From the human T2T-CHM13v2.0 reference genome, Homo sapiens, in assembly GCF_009914755.1 (NCBI RefSeq), contig NC_060929.1: a DNA stretch of 64,000 nt. One strand, given 5' to 3'. The notes under the pieces were generated by a model. That model was not told the origin of the DNA. It saw nothing but the letters and a program-made list of their open reading frames with translations, and searched no databases. Positions within the stretch are counted from its first letter, which is position 1, and every line of letters begins with the position of its first letter. Positions 33,515-51,781 of this stretch are shown here, in pieces. The translations under genes and the position numbers were made by a program.

Positions 33515-34524
33515 TAACCACTGGACTACTATTCTTCCAAAAAATGTAGCATTCTTGTATGGTGGTATATGAAATGTCACCTTATTTCAGTGAACCCTTC
33601 CTTGACCCAATGAGAGAATTAGTTGTTTCTTGTCTGTGTTCCCTTTGAACTTTTGAACTGTTATAGCTCTTAGCAAGTATATTCTGACCTTATTCTATGT
33701 GTCTAACATCTTTGCCAGAATGTGTGCATCCTCTTTAAGAGCAAGGAGTATAAATTTCCCACTTGCTCATAGTTCCTGTAGTGCAGTAGGCTCTAGAAAC
33801 TCCTCAGGTTAAATCCTAGCAAACTGTTAAAACCTCTAGACCTCCATTTCCTCAACTGCAAAAATCAGGCTAGTAATAATGCCCTCACACAAGATTGCTA
33901 CGAGAAATAAATAAGAAAATGTTTCTATAAACATTTAGCATAGAGCCTGCCATAGAGTATGTACACATTAATTACTGCTACTCATAATTGTTAGTCAATT
34001 GAATGAAAGAAGAAAATTGATTGGCTTTTATCATGAAAGGTTTCTAGGCAAGGTCATTTCTCATTTTGGCAATAACCAAAATATAGATATTGCAGGCTAG
34101 AGCTGGGCAATTATTCAGGGGGAGGTGTGCTGTTGTGCTTGTTTAAAACCAAAGCAATTCCCACTGTCCCTGTGAAATTTCAAACCTCTCCCATATAATT
34201 CAGTGACATTAATCTGAATGGCATCTTTTTGGCTTAATCATATTTTGCCTTGTTTCTTTGTTAACTGTTTGAGTTTGTATGAGTTTGATGGGCTTTCTCC
34301 AACAAATGATCCTTTCCCATCTGTGATTTTCTCTCCTGTAGACTGATTAAATACTTCTTAATATCTGCAGTAACAAGCACAGTGTATGCAGTATATGCTG
34401 TTCTTTCAGGGCAGGCCTAGTAATCAGCGGGACTGTTCAGTTCTTAGGGCGGCCACAGTTTTGCCTGCCATTGTAGTTCTTTATACTTCTTTTGGTTTTT
34501 ACTTTGTGTATATTTTCGTTGAAG

Positions 34525-34644
34525 CATTAAATGAGATGGAAGACATCGTCCAAGAAGATGGAGAGGTGGTGGCCGAGAGTGGAAATAATACTCCAGCTCA
34601 CAGCCAGGCAATTATTCCTGTGGATGTTGATGAGGAACAAGCAG
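34525..34644 (+). CDS. FBXO38: FBXO38 exon 13 ([15 protein letters not shown]...DEEQA)
   Basis: ttgaag| acceptor, G|gtaatc donor, 120 nt. Confidence 0.95.
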
Positions 34645-36047
34645 GTAATCATGTGATCCATCCCACATTCATCATTCTGAAACTACGGCCTAACTGTAAT
34701 GAAGTACATGAGACAGCGAGAATGATTGTTTTCTGACCTTTCAGCTAATGATACGTTTTATGCTATTGATTACTGAGAACTGTAATACATTGCTGGTATT
34801 CTTGTTGCATGTATCTTACTAAAGTTTGTCTTTTATTATTTGTGACTGCAGCAACAACTGCTTTTTCTTTATAGCCACGTGTGCATGAGTTTGTCCATGT
34901 ATGTGTAGAAAAAGAAAACACTCAAATTGTTGATGGGAAAATAAATGACCTGATTAAATATTCTGCTATTGCCCTCCCCTCAATTCAGTTAGAGAGGAGG
35001 AGCAGTTGAGAAGTTGACCTGGTTTAGTAAACAAACCAAAACCTAGCGTCTGTTTGCCATTGGCTGACTTAAGACAGGATATAGAGTCTTAGGCCCTTAA
35101 AGATTAACTCGCATAGCCTTTCATTTTGTAGATGGGGAAATTAATTTTCTTTCAAAAGTTTAAATGATGTGCTCAACACCACTCAGCCAATAATCAAGGG
35201 ACAGAATTGAAATTGAGAAAACTGAAGTTTTCTCATTCTCTGCCTGTTAGAATGCTACCTTGTCTTTGAATCGAAAATATGCTACCCTGTTTTAAGAGTG
35301 TTAGAGATGCAGTCACTCATTCAACAAATATTTATTGAGTGCCTACTCTGTGTCAGGCATTGTACAATGTGACAGGAAAAAAGCTAGGTTCCTTGGAGCA
35401 TACGTTTATTGATGGAGCTAATATTGGTCACTTGTCAGAGAGAATTAGGTTATAAGAACTAGGTTTAAAAGCTATACTGCCAAGCAGATAAAACATTTTT
35501 TACATAAATACACATATTCAACCAAAATGTAACATGCGTCTAGCCTTCAAAAATGTATCTGCTACATCTAATGAGATAGATCTATACTCAAAGAATATGG
35601 AGTCTTATTTACCAGTCCCATATGTTTCTGAGTTCATCTTCATTTACTAGCCTTGGCTCATATGTTTGAAAAATTGAGAAAATATATAGCTTAGTTTTAA
35701 AATTATTATCACTGTTATTTAGATTATTTTTAGGATGATTTTATGATACTCTTTGAAATAGTGAAGGTCCTGCAAGGGGATGCTGTATCATTTTCTATTT
35801 TAATTTGCCTTTGGAAATGCATCAAGTTGGTTGGCATATTAATCATATTTAATGTTGACATAATGGTTTAGAGTTGAGTTGCTTTCACAGTATCTTATCC
35901 AAGTGCATTATCAGTTAAAATGTGTGCCAGGGGAGGCTGTATAGAGCCACAAAGCATCTCTGTTGATTCCAGATCCCTGGAAACAGTACTTTGCATTAGA
36001 TCCTTTCTTGCGCAAAAAGTAACTGTTAGGCCTGTGCTTTTTTTTAA

Positions 36048-36365
<318 letters not shown>

Positions 36366-37735
36366 TAAGGGAAATCTGGGTGGTGCTCTTGTAGGCAATA
36401 CAACACAACAGTGTTGTGGAATGAGGGCTCAGGGAAGAAGAGAAGTAAGGATTATAAGTCTACAGTGGAGGCTTCAGTTGTGGCATCAGGGTGTCAGAGA
36501 TTAGTGAGCGAAAAGCCTGTGCCTTATGTAAGGGATGACTGCTGAGTCATCCAGAGCAATGAAAAGCAACCATTCCCCAGTTGATAATCTGTCCAGTTGT
36601 GCTTAATGAATATTGGTGGCTAGTTTGGTGCTGGAAGGAGTCCTAAAGCATATTTTTATAATCCCTCACATCCCTTTAAATCTAGGCAACAACCCTCTGC
36701 AGTGCCTCACCAAGAAACTGTACTTCTCTCTTAACTTTGAAGTTCATACTTCTTCCTTGTCTTTCCTTCCCTTTGGTTTCGCAGAACCACGTGCTTACCA
36801 CTTTTAGCAAAAGATGGATATTTTGCAAATTGTGCAGTCATTTTTCCTTGGGTACCCTTACTCCTTAATATTTTTGAATGTTCAAAACACATTTAACACT
36901 GACCCTGGAACATTTATGTAGTACTATTATCTGGAAAGTTTAGTTCTTTGGACTTGAAATAATTTGCTAATCATTGACTCATTATTCAATTTTTATTTCT
37001 TTTAAGAAATTCAGATAACTTTATAATGTGGTTGAAAGAAGGTTTTATGGAAACTGAAATTTAGGAAAAGTAATATGACCAGCTGACTAACCTACCTTCC
37101 CAGACAGTGCAGTTTCTAAATTTAGCAACTAAATCCTCTGTTGGCCAGACAAAACCTATTTATTCCTTTATATCTTCATTGAGCCTTACTATGCCCCAGG
37201 TACTGTGTTAGGCACTGTGAGGGATACAGAGATGAGTAAGTCATGGTCTGTCTTTACAGAAGTTCTAGTCTAGTTGAAGAGTCATGTCAAAAACAATAGG
37301 TAGTAATATTACAGGGCATATACTACAACTACAGTTGCTTTGGGGTGGGGGTGCAGAAGAGATGGAGTAGAGGACCAGGGAGGACCACAGCTGACAAATT
37401 GGTGAGAACAAAGCCCCTGAGGTAGTAAAGCAGGGGTATTTTGAGAGAAAAGCTGGAGCTGGAATGTAGAATGTATATGGAGGGTACGACATGGAAAGAT
37501 GGTTTGGAATCAGATCATAGTGAGGTTTGAAGGCATAGCTAAGGAGTATAAACCAGATAGACACTAGGGAGCCATAGAGAATTTTATAGCAGCTCAGTGA
37601 TGTGATCACAGTTATACTTTAGGAAAATTAGTGTTTAGTATACATTATTTCCTGTTCCAAATTTACTCTTGCGTTTTGTCCAGAATTTATACTGAAATCT
37701 TTTCTTTTCCTCGGGCCGTTCTTCTTTTTCTATAA

Positions 37736-38509
<774 letters not shown>

Positions 38510-39489
38510 TAGGGCTGCAGAAAGGCATGAACTTGTTTCATGAGTTTTCTTACAAAAAGCCAGTTTGGCAAATTAAATTCTATTTTGGGGTTTTGTGGGT
38601 CATGTGAATTTTGAACTAATTTCAGCAATGGTTTGGAGGGTGGGTGTGTAAAACAGTTTATAAAATGTCCAACCTGGAAAGCTCAAAATAGTTCAGCTTT
38701 TAAGGAAAATGTCATTGTGTATATTTACCCTAAATATAACACTGACTGACACCTAAGCCCCAGTAGATGAACTCTGCTGCCATCACACACTTAGAGAAGT
38801 CTTAACTTAGGAAAGTTTTAAACTCAGCCAAAAGGCAAGGACTTGACGTTGCTGGGGCTGGGGGAACACATCTCAGTGCAGCTTCCTGTGTATACCCCTC
38901 TTTCTGTCTCTGCAGTACTTAGTAATTTTTTCAGAAATCTAGTTTTGCTTCAAGTAAGATTTGCCAGGAGATAAGCAGGTAAGTAAATGGTTTGGCTGAG
39001 AATTATTTTGGTGAAAATACTCAAAACATATATGTGTATTTAATTTCATTAATGTTTATAATGTGTAGCCATGGATTGGGTGTAAGCATATTTATTAATC
39101 ATAAGTCTGTTACTGTTTCTGACCTTATTTTTAAGTACTCTTTCCTGCCTTTATTATATCATTACTGCCTGACAGTGATAATAATGTATTTTAATTTTCT
39201 TCAAGTAGCCCTCAGTTTTAAAATCTTAAAATCAGTCCCAGAACATAGGCAGTCAGTGCTTTTTGTATATTCAAAATAGAACTAATGGATTCATACAGAG
39301 CTAAACAGAACAAAAGTAAGCTTTCATGAGATACATTTGAGACCTTAGTTATGTGCTAGTTACCATAGTTGCATAAACTCATTGAAATATATGAGTTTTA
39401 TTTGAAGACTTTTTTATGCTTTGCAAACAGTGGTTCTGCCATATGGTGAAAGTACTTTTCCCAGCTTAAATTGTAAATGTTTGATAATA

Positions 39490-40250
39490 TCTTTTTTTTA
39501 ATTGGTGGTAAAATATAACTTTACCATTCAGTGTACAGTGTATAATTCAGTGGCACTAAATACATTCATCTTGTTAGGCAGCTGTCACCACCAACCATCT
39601 GAACTTTTTCATCATCCTGAACTGAAACTCTGTGTCCATTAAACAGTATCTGCCTCCTATGACACCTTTTGTTGTGTGGTTTTTCGTATTTGCAAAGTCA
39701 GATATGCATGTTTTCCTTTATGAGTTTATTTTTATGCTGCGAAAGGCCTTTCCTACACTTGGTTCAGATAAATGTGCGCATCTTCTTATTCCTTTATTCA
39801 TTGATTTCAGTTTAGTTCCTTAGTTCAGTTGGAATTTTATTTCAATATGTGGGAGCTAATTTTTTTTTTTTTATTCCAAACTATCACCATCTTGTTTCAA
39901 TATTGGTTATGGATGTCCATTCTCGTGCTATGATTTTGAAATGCTCTTTTATCATCTACTAAATTCTTTGACATACTTAGGTTGATCTCTGGTCATTCTA
40001 TTCTGTTCTGGTGCTCTGTCTTCTTTCATTATTCTTTTTCAAAATTTCCTTGACTAGCCATGCATTTGCCATTTATTTTTATAGATGTGTTTTGTAATAT
40101 TTTTATCAAGTTCCAAAAACTAAGCTTGGTTTTTGTTTGAAATTGCATTCAATTGATAACTGAAACATAATTGTCATTTTAACAGCACTGTGTCTTCCTG
40201 TTTAGGGACTGTTATGTTTGTCGTTTTACTTATGTCTCTTGATAAAATTT
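39490..40250 (-). mobile_element. Old L1M fragments
   Basis: aattcagtggcactaaatacattca...ctgaactgaaactctgtgtccattaaac and T-rich antisense L1 text. Confidence 0.6.
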
Positions 40251-40670
40251 TACCGTTTTTTGTTGTTTTGTTTTTAATACAGAGCCTTCATATTAGCCAT
40301 TGAAGTTTTGATGTTATTTTTTGCCTTGTGTTCTGCTTATCCCTTAACTATTTTATTCTTTTTTCATGTCTAGAACTTTTTCTTAAGTTAAATCATTCTC
40401 TGGATTTAAAATAAAGAAAATATCATTTATGTAGTGCTTTTTATTGCTTTTATTATGTGATTTTTTTCAATTTGAGAAGACTTCTAATGTCTGTAACATG
40501 GTCATAGTAGGTAAATTATTTGCTAATGTATTTTAGATTTATAAAAATGTCTGTTTACTTTCAATAGTATTTTTTGGGGGGAGATATCAAAGTACTGATT
40601 TTAATATTATTAAAGTCCCTTTTGGAAAAAACAAGAAGTTATTTGGGTAGCTTACAAATTATAATTATAA

Positions 40671-41157
<487 letters not shown>

Positions 41158-42939
41158 CAAATTATTTTTAATCCGGCATGTTTTTTAAAGAGAAAAATCC
41201 AAACTAATAAAGGAAGAAACTTGAATGTTAAAGATTTTTAAAAATCAGTTCAAAAAATGTAACGTTTGAGTTCTTTGGTTTTTAATTTATGGCCCTGTGG
41301 AGTGTTAAAGCCATTTTAGAAGCTAATATAATTGTTTTGTGAATTTATATTTTGGGAATAAATAACTAAGTTGCTTTTAATCCTCACTGTATAACAATTT
41401 ATAAATATTAGAGAAATATATAATTGGATTGTCAAAGAATAACATTTAAGATTAGTTGCTATAAATATTAAACACTTTCCCTGACACCCCAAGACTGGAT
41501 TGATCTGCCTTTCTCTGTTTCTGTAGCATCTTCAACATTAATGTGAACCACACTCTGTTGTAATTTCTTGTTTTACTGTCTTCCTTTCCAGTAGACTGTG
41601 AGCTCCATGAGGACAAGGACAGTCTCTGCTTTTTCACCAGTATATTTCTATCCTTTAGCACCATGTCTTACACATGGAATGGGGCTTAGATAATAACTAT
41701 GAACATAATAAGTATAGAAACCATCATATGAGGTATTGTTGATACTAGCGGATGTTTTGAGTTACTAAAAAATGTTCCTAAACAAAATTAATTGTCTCTA
41801 AACAGGGAGGGAGGCATAAGAGAATAATAACAAACACACAAACTTTCTTCCTCATGCATCAGAAATGTTTGTTTTTCAAGCTCATGTATGTATGAAGTGT
41901 GACTTCATTTTATAACTTTGCCTAGAAAATGTAAACTACCAGTTTGGGTACCCTGGAGAGCAGGAAACTTTACCTAATTTTGAACCCCATGCTCTGATAA
42001 ATTAAAGGGGAAGGGAGAGAGCAATCCAGGAAGGTGAGATACTTGAAAATCAGATCATAAAAGTATTTTACTGAGAGATCTTTATTAGAACACTGTCATG
42101 TAGTGGAAACAGGCTTGCTTTTTGTTTGTTCATTTTCATTTTTGTGGTACTGGGAGAGGGAACCAGGACTTACTAATGAGGTTTTAAAAGGATTGTGAAT
42201 TTTGGCTATCAGGTGAAATGTGCTGCCTTTAGAAGGTTTCATGTCAATGAAGATTGTTTGATTTTGGATGAAGTTCCTTCAGGATACTGTGGGAGAAGGC
42301 CTACGTTGTGTTGTGTGGTCAATAGTCTTCATGTTTTGTTGGAACTCCAGAATTTTGCTTAGTTTCAAGGTCCTTGGAGGAAGTTTGATGGGTAGAGCTC
42401 TTGGGCTCCTTTTCTGCCTTCAGCCAAAGCAGCTGCTTTGAATTGTTTTACAGGGTAGAATTTCACAAAGACTTCACATGGTGGAGAAAGGATTTGGTGT
42501 GTAAAAAAATCACTTAGGCTAAATCTCTGAAGTTCCCATCTGACCCCAAGCCTTTAGGAATTTGCAGTATTTGTTCAATTTCCTTGTCTTTTTTTGTGAT
42601 CTTTCATGTTTGAGATTACAGAATTACTGATAGTACAGAATTACCAATAGAATGTTTATAACTAGCAGTACTATCTAAAAAAGCAGTATAGTGGTGATTT
42701 AATTCATGAAAGTCAGTTGTATTCAATATATGCTCTGCTACAATATGATTAAGTATCAAAAACAAGGACAATGACTAATGTATTTTCTTAGAATATATAT
42801 GTGCTTAAGTTTTAGCTATTAGCACTTGTTTTTAAATTAAATAAGGACAATATTTGCTTATTTTGAAGTGTATTGCTTCAGAACAATACTAGTAAATAAG
42901 TTAGGGCATTATTAACCAGGGTTTGACAGACGAAAGATT

Positions 42940-43172
42940 GCAGGTTTTCTAGCTTAGTGACTGGTGCTAGATTTCCTGGGTTTGACTCCTGGTTCCCATT
43001 TAACACTGTGGCAAGTTCTTGTACCATCCCATGCTTCAGTTTCCTAATATGTAAAACAGGGAGAACAATAAATCCATCTCAGAGCTATTATAAGGATTAA
43101 ATGAGTTAATACGAGTAAAACCCTTAGAACAGTGCCTGACACACAGTAAGCGCTCAGTAAATATTTGTTATT
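42940..43172 (+). mobile_element. MIR SINE
   Basis: cttcagtttcctaatatgtaaaacaggg...aggattaaatgagttaata...cagtgcctgacacacagtaagcgctcagtaaat. Confidence 0.8.
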
Positions 43173-43883
43173 CTGTTTTACCTGTGATGCATTCATTCAT
43201 TCTGTAAGTGTTGAGTGCCAGTTCATTCAATAAACATTCATTTTATCCCTTTGCTAGTGACTGACATTGAAACAAAGATGAATTAAGAGAGTGTTGTTGC
43301 CTTTAACGAGCTGTTATGTGAATGGACCAACAAAACAAGTATAAAAGGAACTATAGGACAGTATGTAATGTTTGAGGATCCAGGGTGCTTTGTTAAAACT
43401 AAGTGCTTGAGTTGGACCTTTCATAGATGGGTCGTATTTCAAAAAGTAAGGTCAGAAAACGTGTTCTGGGCAGAAGGAGCTAGAGCAATTGATGACTTCA
43501 GAGACATTGGCAGTGGGAGATGACTAGAGTATGGTATGGAGAGTGGACAGAGCTGAAGCATAGCTCCAAATGTGAAGCATTGAAACATTCACTAAGCTGC
43601 AGTCAATAATTTAAAAGTTTTTTAGTAGGAAAGATAGGAGTTCAATTCACCAATAGTATTTAGGATGGGATGAGTCAGAGAGCCTAGAAGTAGGAATGTT
43701 TATTAGATTATTAGGATGACCTAGGCATGAGAAGGGTTGTTATGTTTGATGTAGATATGTTTGAAGTAATGGAGGGTGATCCTGTTTTGAAACAATCCAC
43801 TGGAAATACCAATGTAACTGTATTCCACTGGGAACCAAATTGTAGATTTGGGAATTACCTTGATTATGTTCATACGTATGTGA

Positions 43884-44087
<204 letters not shown>

Positions 44088-44161
44088 TAGCCCAGTTCCT
44101 AAATAATGCACATAAACTAAAGTTTGTATCTTTATATAGTTTCTAATTTTTCTGCTTGTAG

Positions 44162-44299
<138 letters not shown>

Positions 44300-45323
44300 T
44301 GAATGAGTTAAAAGAATTAGGAACTCATAAATACTGTAATAGCATTACTGTCTTATTTTCTTAAAGGAAATATTGTGTTGGGTTATCTTTAGTTCCGCCT
44401 TTGTTCTAGTTCTCAAATTATTACTCCATAGTATTTCTGAGCATCATATATAGAAACTTCGTTCATCTTTTAAAATAGCCTGTCTCCAAAAGATAATTAC
44501 TGCCTGATCTGGCAGAGTAAATAACAGCCTGCACAGGCTTTGGAGTCAGATAGACCTCAGCTTGATTGCTGGCTTGGTCATTTACTAGCTGTGTGACTTG
44601 GGCATGGTTTTTGAGGGAAGCAGCGGTTGGGCCTCAAGTGTATAACTGCTCTGTATTTGATTGAGATGATTAATTGTATCTTTACTTTGTGGCCCATTAT
44701 CATTAATCCAAGCCCCTTTTTCTTTTTAGTCTCATGTCCCTCATTGTTAATCTCATCTGCTCCCACCATCTACACTCGTGTATTAAATATATTAAATATA
44801 TATCTTTCCAGTGCACCTTTTATGTCTTTCTTTATATATGTGTCTGTCTCAAACATAGGGCATTAGTTTTGTGCTTTCTTAAAATTTAGGTACATAGTGT
44901 ATCCTATAATTGATCTATTAATTTTACCTTTTTTATTCAAAATTATATTTTAGATATCCATCCATGTAAAATTATGAAGATCTGACTTATTTACTTGCCT
45001 TGGGCAAGTTATATAATTTTCTGTCTTCATTTTTTTCAATCTGTAAGCCGTGCATAATTTTGCTTAACTCATAAAGCATTTGTGAAAGTTAAATGCAGTG
45101 ATGGATTTAAATGTTAAATGTTTGTGTATGTGTATGTATACAGGCACACCTCAGAGACACTGCAGGTTTGGTTCTAGACCACCATAATAAAAGGAATATC
45201 ACAAAGTGAATCATAAGAATTTTTTTTATTTTCCAGCACATATAAAAGTTACGTTTATACTATAGTCTATTATATGTGAAGTAGCATTGTATTTTTTTAA
45301 AAAACTTTACGTGCCTTAATTTA

Positions 45324-45647
<324 letters not shown>

Positions 45648-46016
45648 TTATTATTCAGAGATGCTAACAATCACCTGAACCTTTAGTGAGTCATAATCTT
45701 TTTGCTGGTGGAGAGTATTGCCTGAATGTTGAGGGCCTTGCCCTGGGTTAGGCTTTGGCTTAGGGAATGTTGTGGCTGGTTTGATTTGTCTAGACCACTC
45801 AAACTTTCTCCATATCATCAATAAGGCTGTTTTGCTTTCTTATCATTTGTGGGTTCACTGGAATAGCACTTTTAATTTCTTTTGAGAATTCTTCCTTGGT
45901 GTTCACAACTTGGCTAACTGGCGCAAGAGACCTAGCTTTTGACCTATCTCAGCTTTCAACGTGACTTCCTCACCAAGCTTAATCATTGCTATATTTTTAT
46001 TTAAAGTGAGATTTGT

Positions 46017-46316
46017 GGCCGGGCGCAGTGCTTTACGCCTGTAATCCCAGCACTTTGGGAGGCCAAGGCGGGCGGATCACGAGGTCAGGAGATCAAGACC
46101 ATCCTCGCTAACATGGTGAAACCCCGTCTCACTAAAAATACAAAAAATTAGCCGGGCATGGTGGCGGGTGCCTGTAGTCCCAGCTACTAGGGAGGCTGAG
46201 GCAGGAGAATGGCATGAACCCGGTAGGCGGGGCTTGCAGTGAGCCGAGACTGCGCAGCTGCACTCCAGTCTGGGCGACAGAGCAAGACTCCATCTCAAAA
46301 AAATAAATAAAAAAAT
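46017..46316 (+). mobile_element. AluY/Sc-type with TSD
   Basis: TSD agtgagatttgt at 46005-46016 and 46319-46330. Confidence 0.94.
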
Positions 46317-46868
46317 ACAGTGAGATTTGTGACTCTTCCTTTTACTTGAACACTTAGAGGCCATTGTAGTGTTATTAATTGGCCTAATTTCGACATCATT
46401 GTATCTCAGGGAGTAGGGAGACCTGAGGAAAGGGAGAGAGACAGGGGAACAGCCTGTTGGGAGAGCAGTCAGGACACACACAACATTTATTAAGTTCACT
46501 TATATTGGTGCAGTTTGTGGCACCCCACAATTAAAACAGTAACATCAGAGATCATTGATCATAGACCACCATAATGGATAAAATAATAATGAAAAAGTTT
46601 GAAATACTGCAAGAATTATTAAAGTGTAACCCAAAGACTCAAAGGGAGCACGTGCTTACTAAAAAAATGGCACCAGTAGATGCTCAATTCATGGTTGCCA
46701 CAGACCTTGTGTAAACAGTGTAATGTCTGCGAAGCACAATAAAGTGCAATAAAATGAGAAATGCCTGTATATGTATATATATACATGACATATGCACACA
46801 CCCACACACACAGTACAGGGTCTGACCTCTAGTAATGCCTAGTGATGTTAATTTGTATTATGTTAGTG

Positions 46869-47100
46869 CACGTTGAGCATCTCTAATCTAAAAATCAGAA
46901 AGCCCAAGTGCTTAAAAATTCAAAACTTTCTGAGCACTAACATGATGCTCAAAGGAAATATTCATTGGAGCAGCATTTCAGATTTCAGATTTTTTTGATT
47001 AGGGTAAGTATATAATGCAAATACTCCAAAATTTGAAGAAAAATCTGAAATCTAAAACACTTCTGGTCCCAAGCATTTCAGATAAAGGTTCGTCAACCTG
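46869..47100. mobile_element. Tigger4a/MER46-like DNA transposon relic
   Basis: gttgagcatc...aaacacttctggtcccaagcatttcagataa...caacctg|ta. Confidence 0.8.
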
Positions 47101-48743
47101 TATTGCCAAAAAATATTGAGGTCTATTTTGTTTTATATCTCCTACCATATTAGTAGTAAACAAAGAAATCCCATTAAAAGGTATTTACCAAACATATTGT
47201 CATAAACTGAGGAGAACCCAAGAAAGGAGAGATGAAACTGAGATTCAAGCACTACTTCTCCTCTGAATTCTACAAAAGTTCAGACCTTGGGGACCCCAGA
47301 CTCTATTGTTTACTCTGAAGTAGTAGTACTTTTCTCTATCCCAGCCAATGTGGTCTTTGGTCCTAAAACATCTTAAATTACTATCTCCTATTGGAGTTTC
47401 CTTTTACAGTAGAGAACACAGGCTCTTCAAAAGCTCAGAGATTGTAACAGTAGGGGTACTCACCCTAGCCTTACAGTAGCACTGGAAGAACTTTCATTCT
47501 GTCAGTACCTACACCCTTTGAGCTCTGAGAATGTAAAACTCAATCTTCAGACTCTGCCAGTCGGCATCTCGTTCCATTCCTTTCTCTACTCTGAGCTCTC
47601 CGAGAATCTGACTAGTTTTCTTCTTTTTACTTTGATGATTTCTCCTGTACCTTCTCTAACCTAATGATGGATCACACGGCCTCAGGCCCAACCTTCTCCC
47701 CTTTAAACCAAATTGTTTGGCTCAGCTTATCGTGGTGAGAGGATCTTAGCTTAGTCTGTAGGTAGTGGCTAAGTTAATGACAGCGGAGATGATTAAATGA
47801 GATTAGAACTGACCTTAGTCATGTCGGATTTTATAGCTAAGAACCACTGGATCCTTACTGTCATCTAGCGCTCTCCTTTCCTCTGTTGCTGTCCTCAACA
47901 ACAGTTCCCCTTCTTTCCACCAAGTCACAAAAGGAGAAAATGAACGTGAGAGGCGGGAGTCTCTCTCAGTGTTTAAATGTCAAGTTAGTTACATTAGATT
48001 GCACAAGACGATGATGACATTTGGGTCAAGGATGTTACAGATGTCTGTGAAATGTTAAGATCAGACAAATGAGCCTGTGGTTTTATAATCTTTTCCATTT
48101 GATCTCTCTCAAGTTGGACCTGGTTGAAATCTGCAGTGAAAATTGGACCAGGTTGAAATTGGAGATTAAAAAAAGAGAAGGAAATATTTTTCTGAAGTTG
48201 ATATACTAGTTCAGTTAAATGTGTTTATTATATCAAAATTACTTTTTTCTGACTTCATGTTTTATATGTCAAACAGAAAAACTAATCATGTTTTAGATGA
48301 GCATTTCAATAGAACTTTAATGTTCTGTGTCTACACTGTTCAGTATTATGGTAACCACTAACCACATGGCTACTAGATTGGACTGAATAGCTTTAGACCA
48401 AAGTATCCAAATGTGTTTCTGGGTCTTTTTTTTCAAGGTTCTACTTTTACGTTTGTGACAGGAATTAAAATCCAACTCTGCTCATTCCTGAGAGTGAATG
48501 TAAGGTAACATAGGTGAATTATTTCAGGTCTGACTATTGACTATAAAAATGTATAATAGTTACTCATTTTTTAAATAAATATTTCCTAAACAGTTTCTGT
48601 CTGGGCAAGTCATTTTCTGAGACTTGGTTTTCTTAACAGTAAAATCTTAGAAAAAGGCACTTTAATGCCCCTTCTACCTTCTTTTGAATTGAACAGAACC
48701 ACATTTTCAAATTTTTTTGTTAACTGTGATTTGTACTCTATGA

Positions 48744-49049
<306 letters not shown>

Positions 49050-50161
49050 TGATACACATATTGTGGTGTTTTTCTTTTTCTTTTTCTTGTTAGTCTTTAG
49101 CCTTTTGGATTTGGCATTCATTCACTTGCCCAACCTACAGTAATGATATTTTAGTTTTTACAGGTTATGTATGATATAGGGAGTTGTTATTCAACAGGTT
49201 TTTATACTTATTAAAAGTTACCTGTGGTTTAAGAGCACAGTCTCTGGTTCAGACTGCCTGATTAAATTTCTGGCTGTCTGACCTGTAGCAGATTATTTGA
49301 CTTCGATGTCTTAGTTTCTTCATCTGTAAAATTAGAATAATAATGATATACCCAGGATTATTGTGATATTTAATATATGTGAAACTCTAAAACATGTGCT
49401 AGTATATAGTAAGCCATCATATAACTACTGTTAGTGTCATTATCATTATTAAGAGTATATTGTATATAAGGTTCTGTGCTTAATGCCAAAAGAGGGTTTA
49501 AAGGAAATTTTAAATGCCTCTTTGTAATCAGTGTGTAAGCCTGGCCTCAAAAGAGTCAGTTCATCATATTGTCAAGTGTCTCAAAACTTAAAATATGCTG
49601 GGTGCAAATAAAAACACAACACATGATCCTTCCCTCAAGGAGTTTGCCTTCCCAAAAAGGAGACAAACACTTATGCCACGCAGATGGCCGAGTGAGATTT
49701 CATAACTAGAGATGGGGGAGGGTATGCCATGAGAAAAAAGCAATGTTATCAAAGGCTCCTAGAAGACAAGAAAATGCATTCTCTCTTAAAGACTGGGCAG
49801 CAGTCTCATTTGAATAGGGTATATGTTACTACACATTCACAGTTCTATAATGCAGTCAGTACTTAATAAAGGACATACACAGAAGTGGATTCTGAGTTGA
49901 CTGACGTCATTTATCTCAATCAGGATTCTCTGGTTTAGTAGGCATTTAAATATAACAGTGAGATATAAATTGCCAAGTTCCCTAGACAGAAGAATTTGCA
50001 AAATTATTCCCAGCATGACAGACTGTTTTCAGGTCTGAATGTGACTATTTGATTTTCAAATCAGCCAGAGATTTCAAAACTGAAGGTCCATGGAAAGATT
50101 GTTCAAGCTCTCGGAGAGAGATTTCTAAGGCATTCTCTTTGTTGAAGACATCTCTTTATGA

Positions 50162-50320
<159 letters not shown>

Positions 50321-50822
50321 TAAGTAACTTTGTGGCCCTTAAAGGCCTTTTGAGTCATTTCTCATAGCAGGGACTCCCAGAAGCAAATCCCAATTTTTCT
50401 TTATTTTAAATGATTCCATCTAAGCTTTTCAAACAAGCTTATCCTGAAGTTAACGTAAGTAAGAAACTGAGGGAAATGAGGACTTAAAACTAAAAAGCAT
50501 GTGTATATATTTATGATCTTTAAAACTCAGGTAAAAATTACAAGAACAGATTGCACATGTACTTGTAACATTATTTAGCCTTGGGGCATGAAAAAGAGAT
50601 CAACTTGAAGAAGATCTTAAGACTATGATATTCTATATCATCAGAAAATTTGACTTTTATAAATTTGTTATATAAATGTTGCATTAAGCACCTTTTGTGT
50701 AGAAGACATATGCTTAGAAAGTGACTTTCTTTCCCTGATATGATTTTGAAGATAGTGAAGAAAGTAGTTTTGACCTGACTACACTTGGATTCTCTAGTTT
50801 GAGTGTATCCTACTTCCGTTAG

Positions 50823-51185
<363 letters not shown>

Positions 51186-51628
51186 ACCTGGCCCTTTCTC
51201 ATTCACGGATGAATGAATGATCCATCAATCAATTAGTCAAACTGGTTTGGGCTTACAGCAAGCAGTAACCCAAATGTAGAGAATTACACTTTTTAAAAAA
51301 AGAAAGTTGAATAGCTATTAACTAGATGACCGAACATGCCTTAGGGAAGATATGAATGGGGGTCCTACAGTTCTTCAAAATATGGATGATTTTAATACCT
51401 GCAAGAAGTGGGAGCCAGATGAAGATTGCTTTGCCTGTATGAGTCTTTACTATTTCTAGGACAATCAGAACCAGTGATGAAACATAAAACGTAAACAGAA
51501 ATTACAAATTAGTTTGATAGCTGGAAATGATTTGAGGACACCTGACTCACTCTCTTTATTTTATATTTTACATTCTGCTTACAAAATACTGCAGAATTTG
51601 GCTCTGTCAGCACTCCCACGCCAGTTAG

Positions 51629-51781
<153 letters not shown>

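Noticed and set aside
47630-47820. TGATGA...CTGA motifs suggesting an intronic C/D snoRNA
   Set aside because: No terminal stem or recognisable rRNA antisense element; the motifs are common in AT-rich DNA.
48114-48160. Short direct repeats with spacer-like gaps (also 60430-60478, 15909-15966)
   Set aside because: Only two copies each; ordinary micro-duplications, not a CRISPR-like or functional array.
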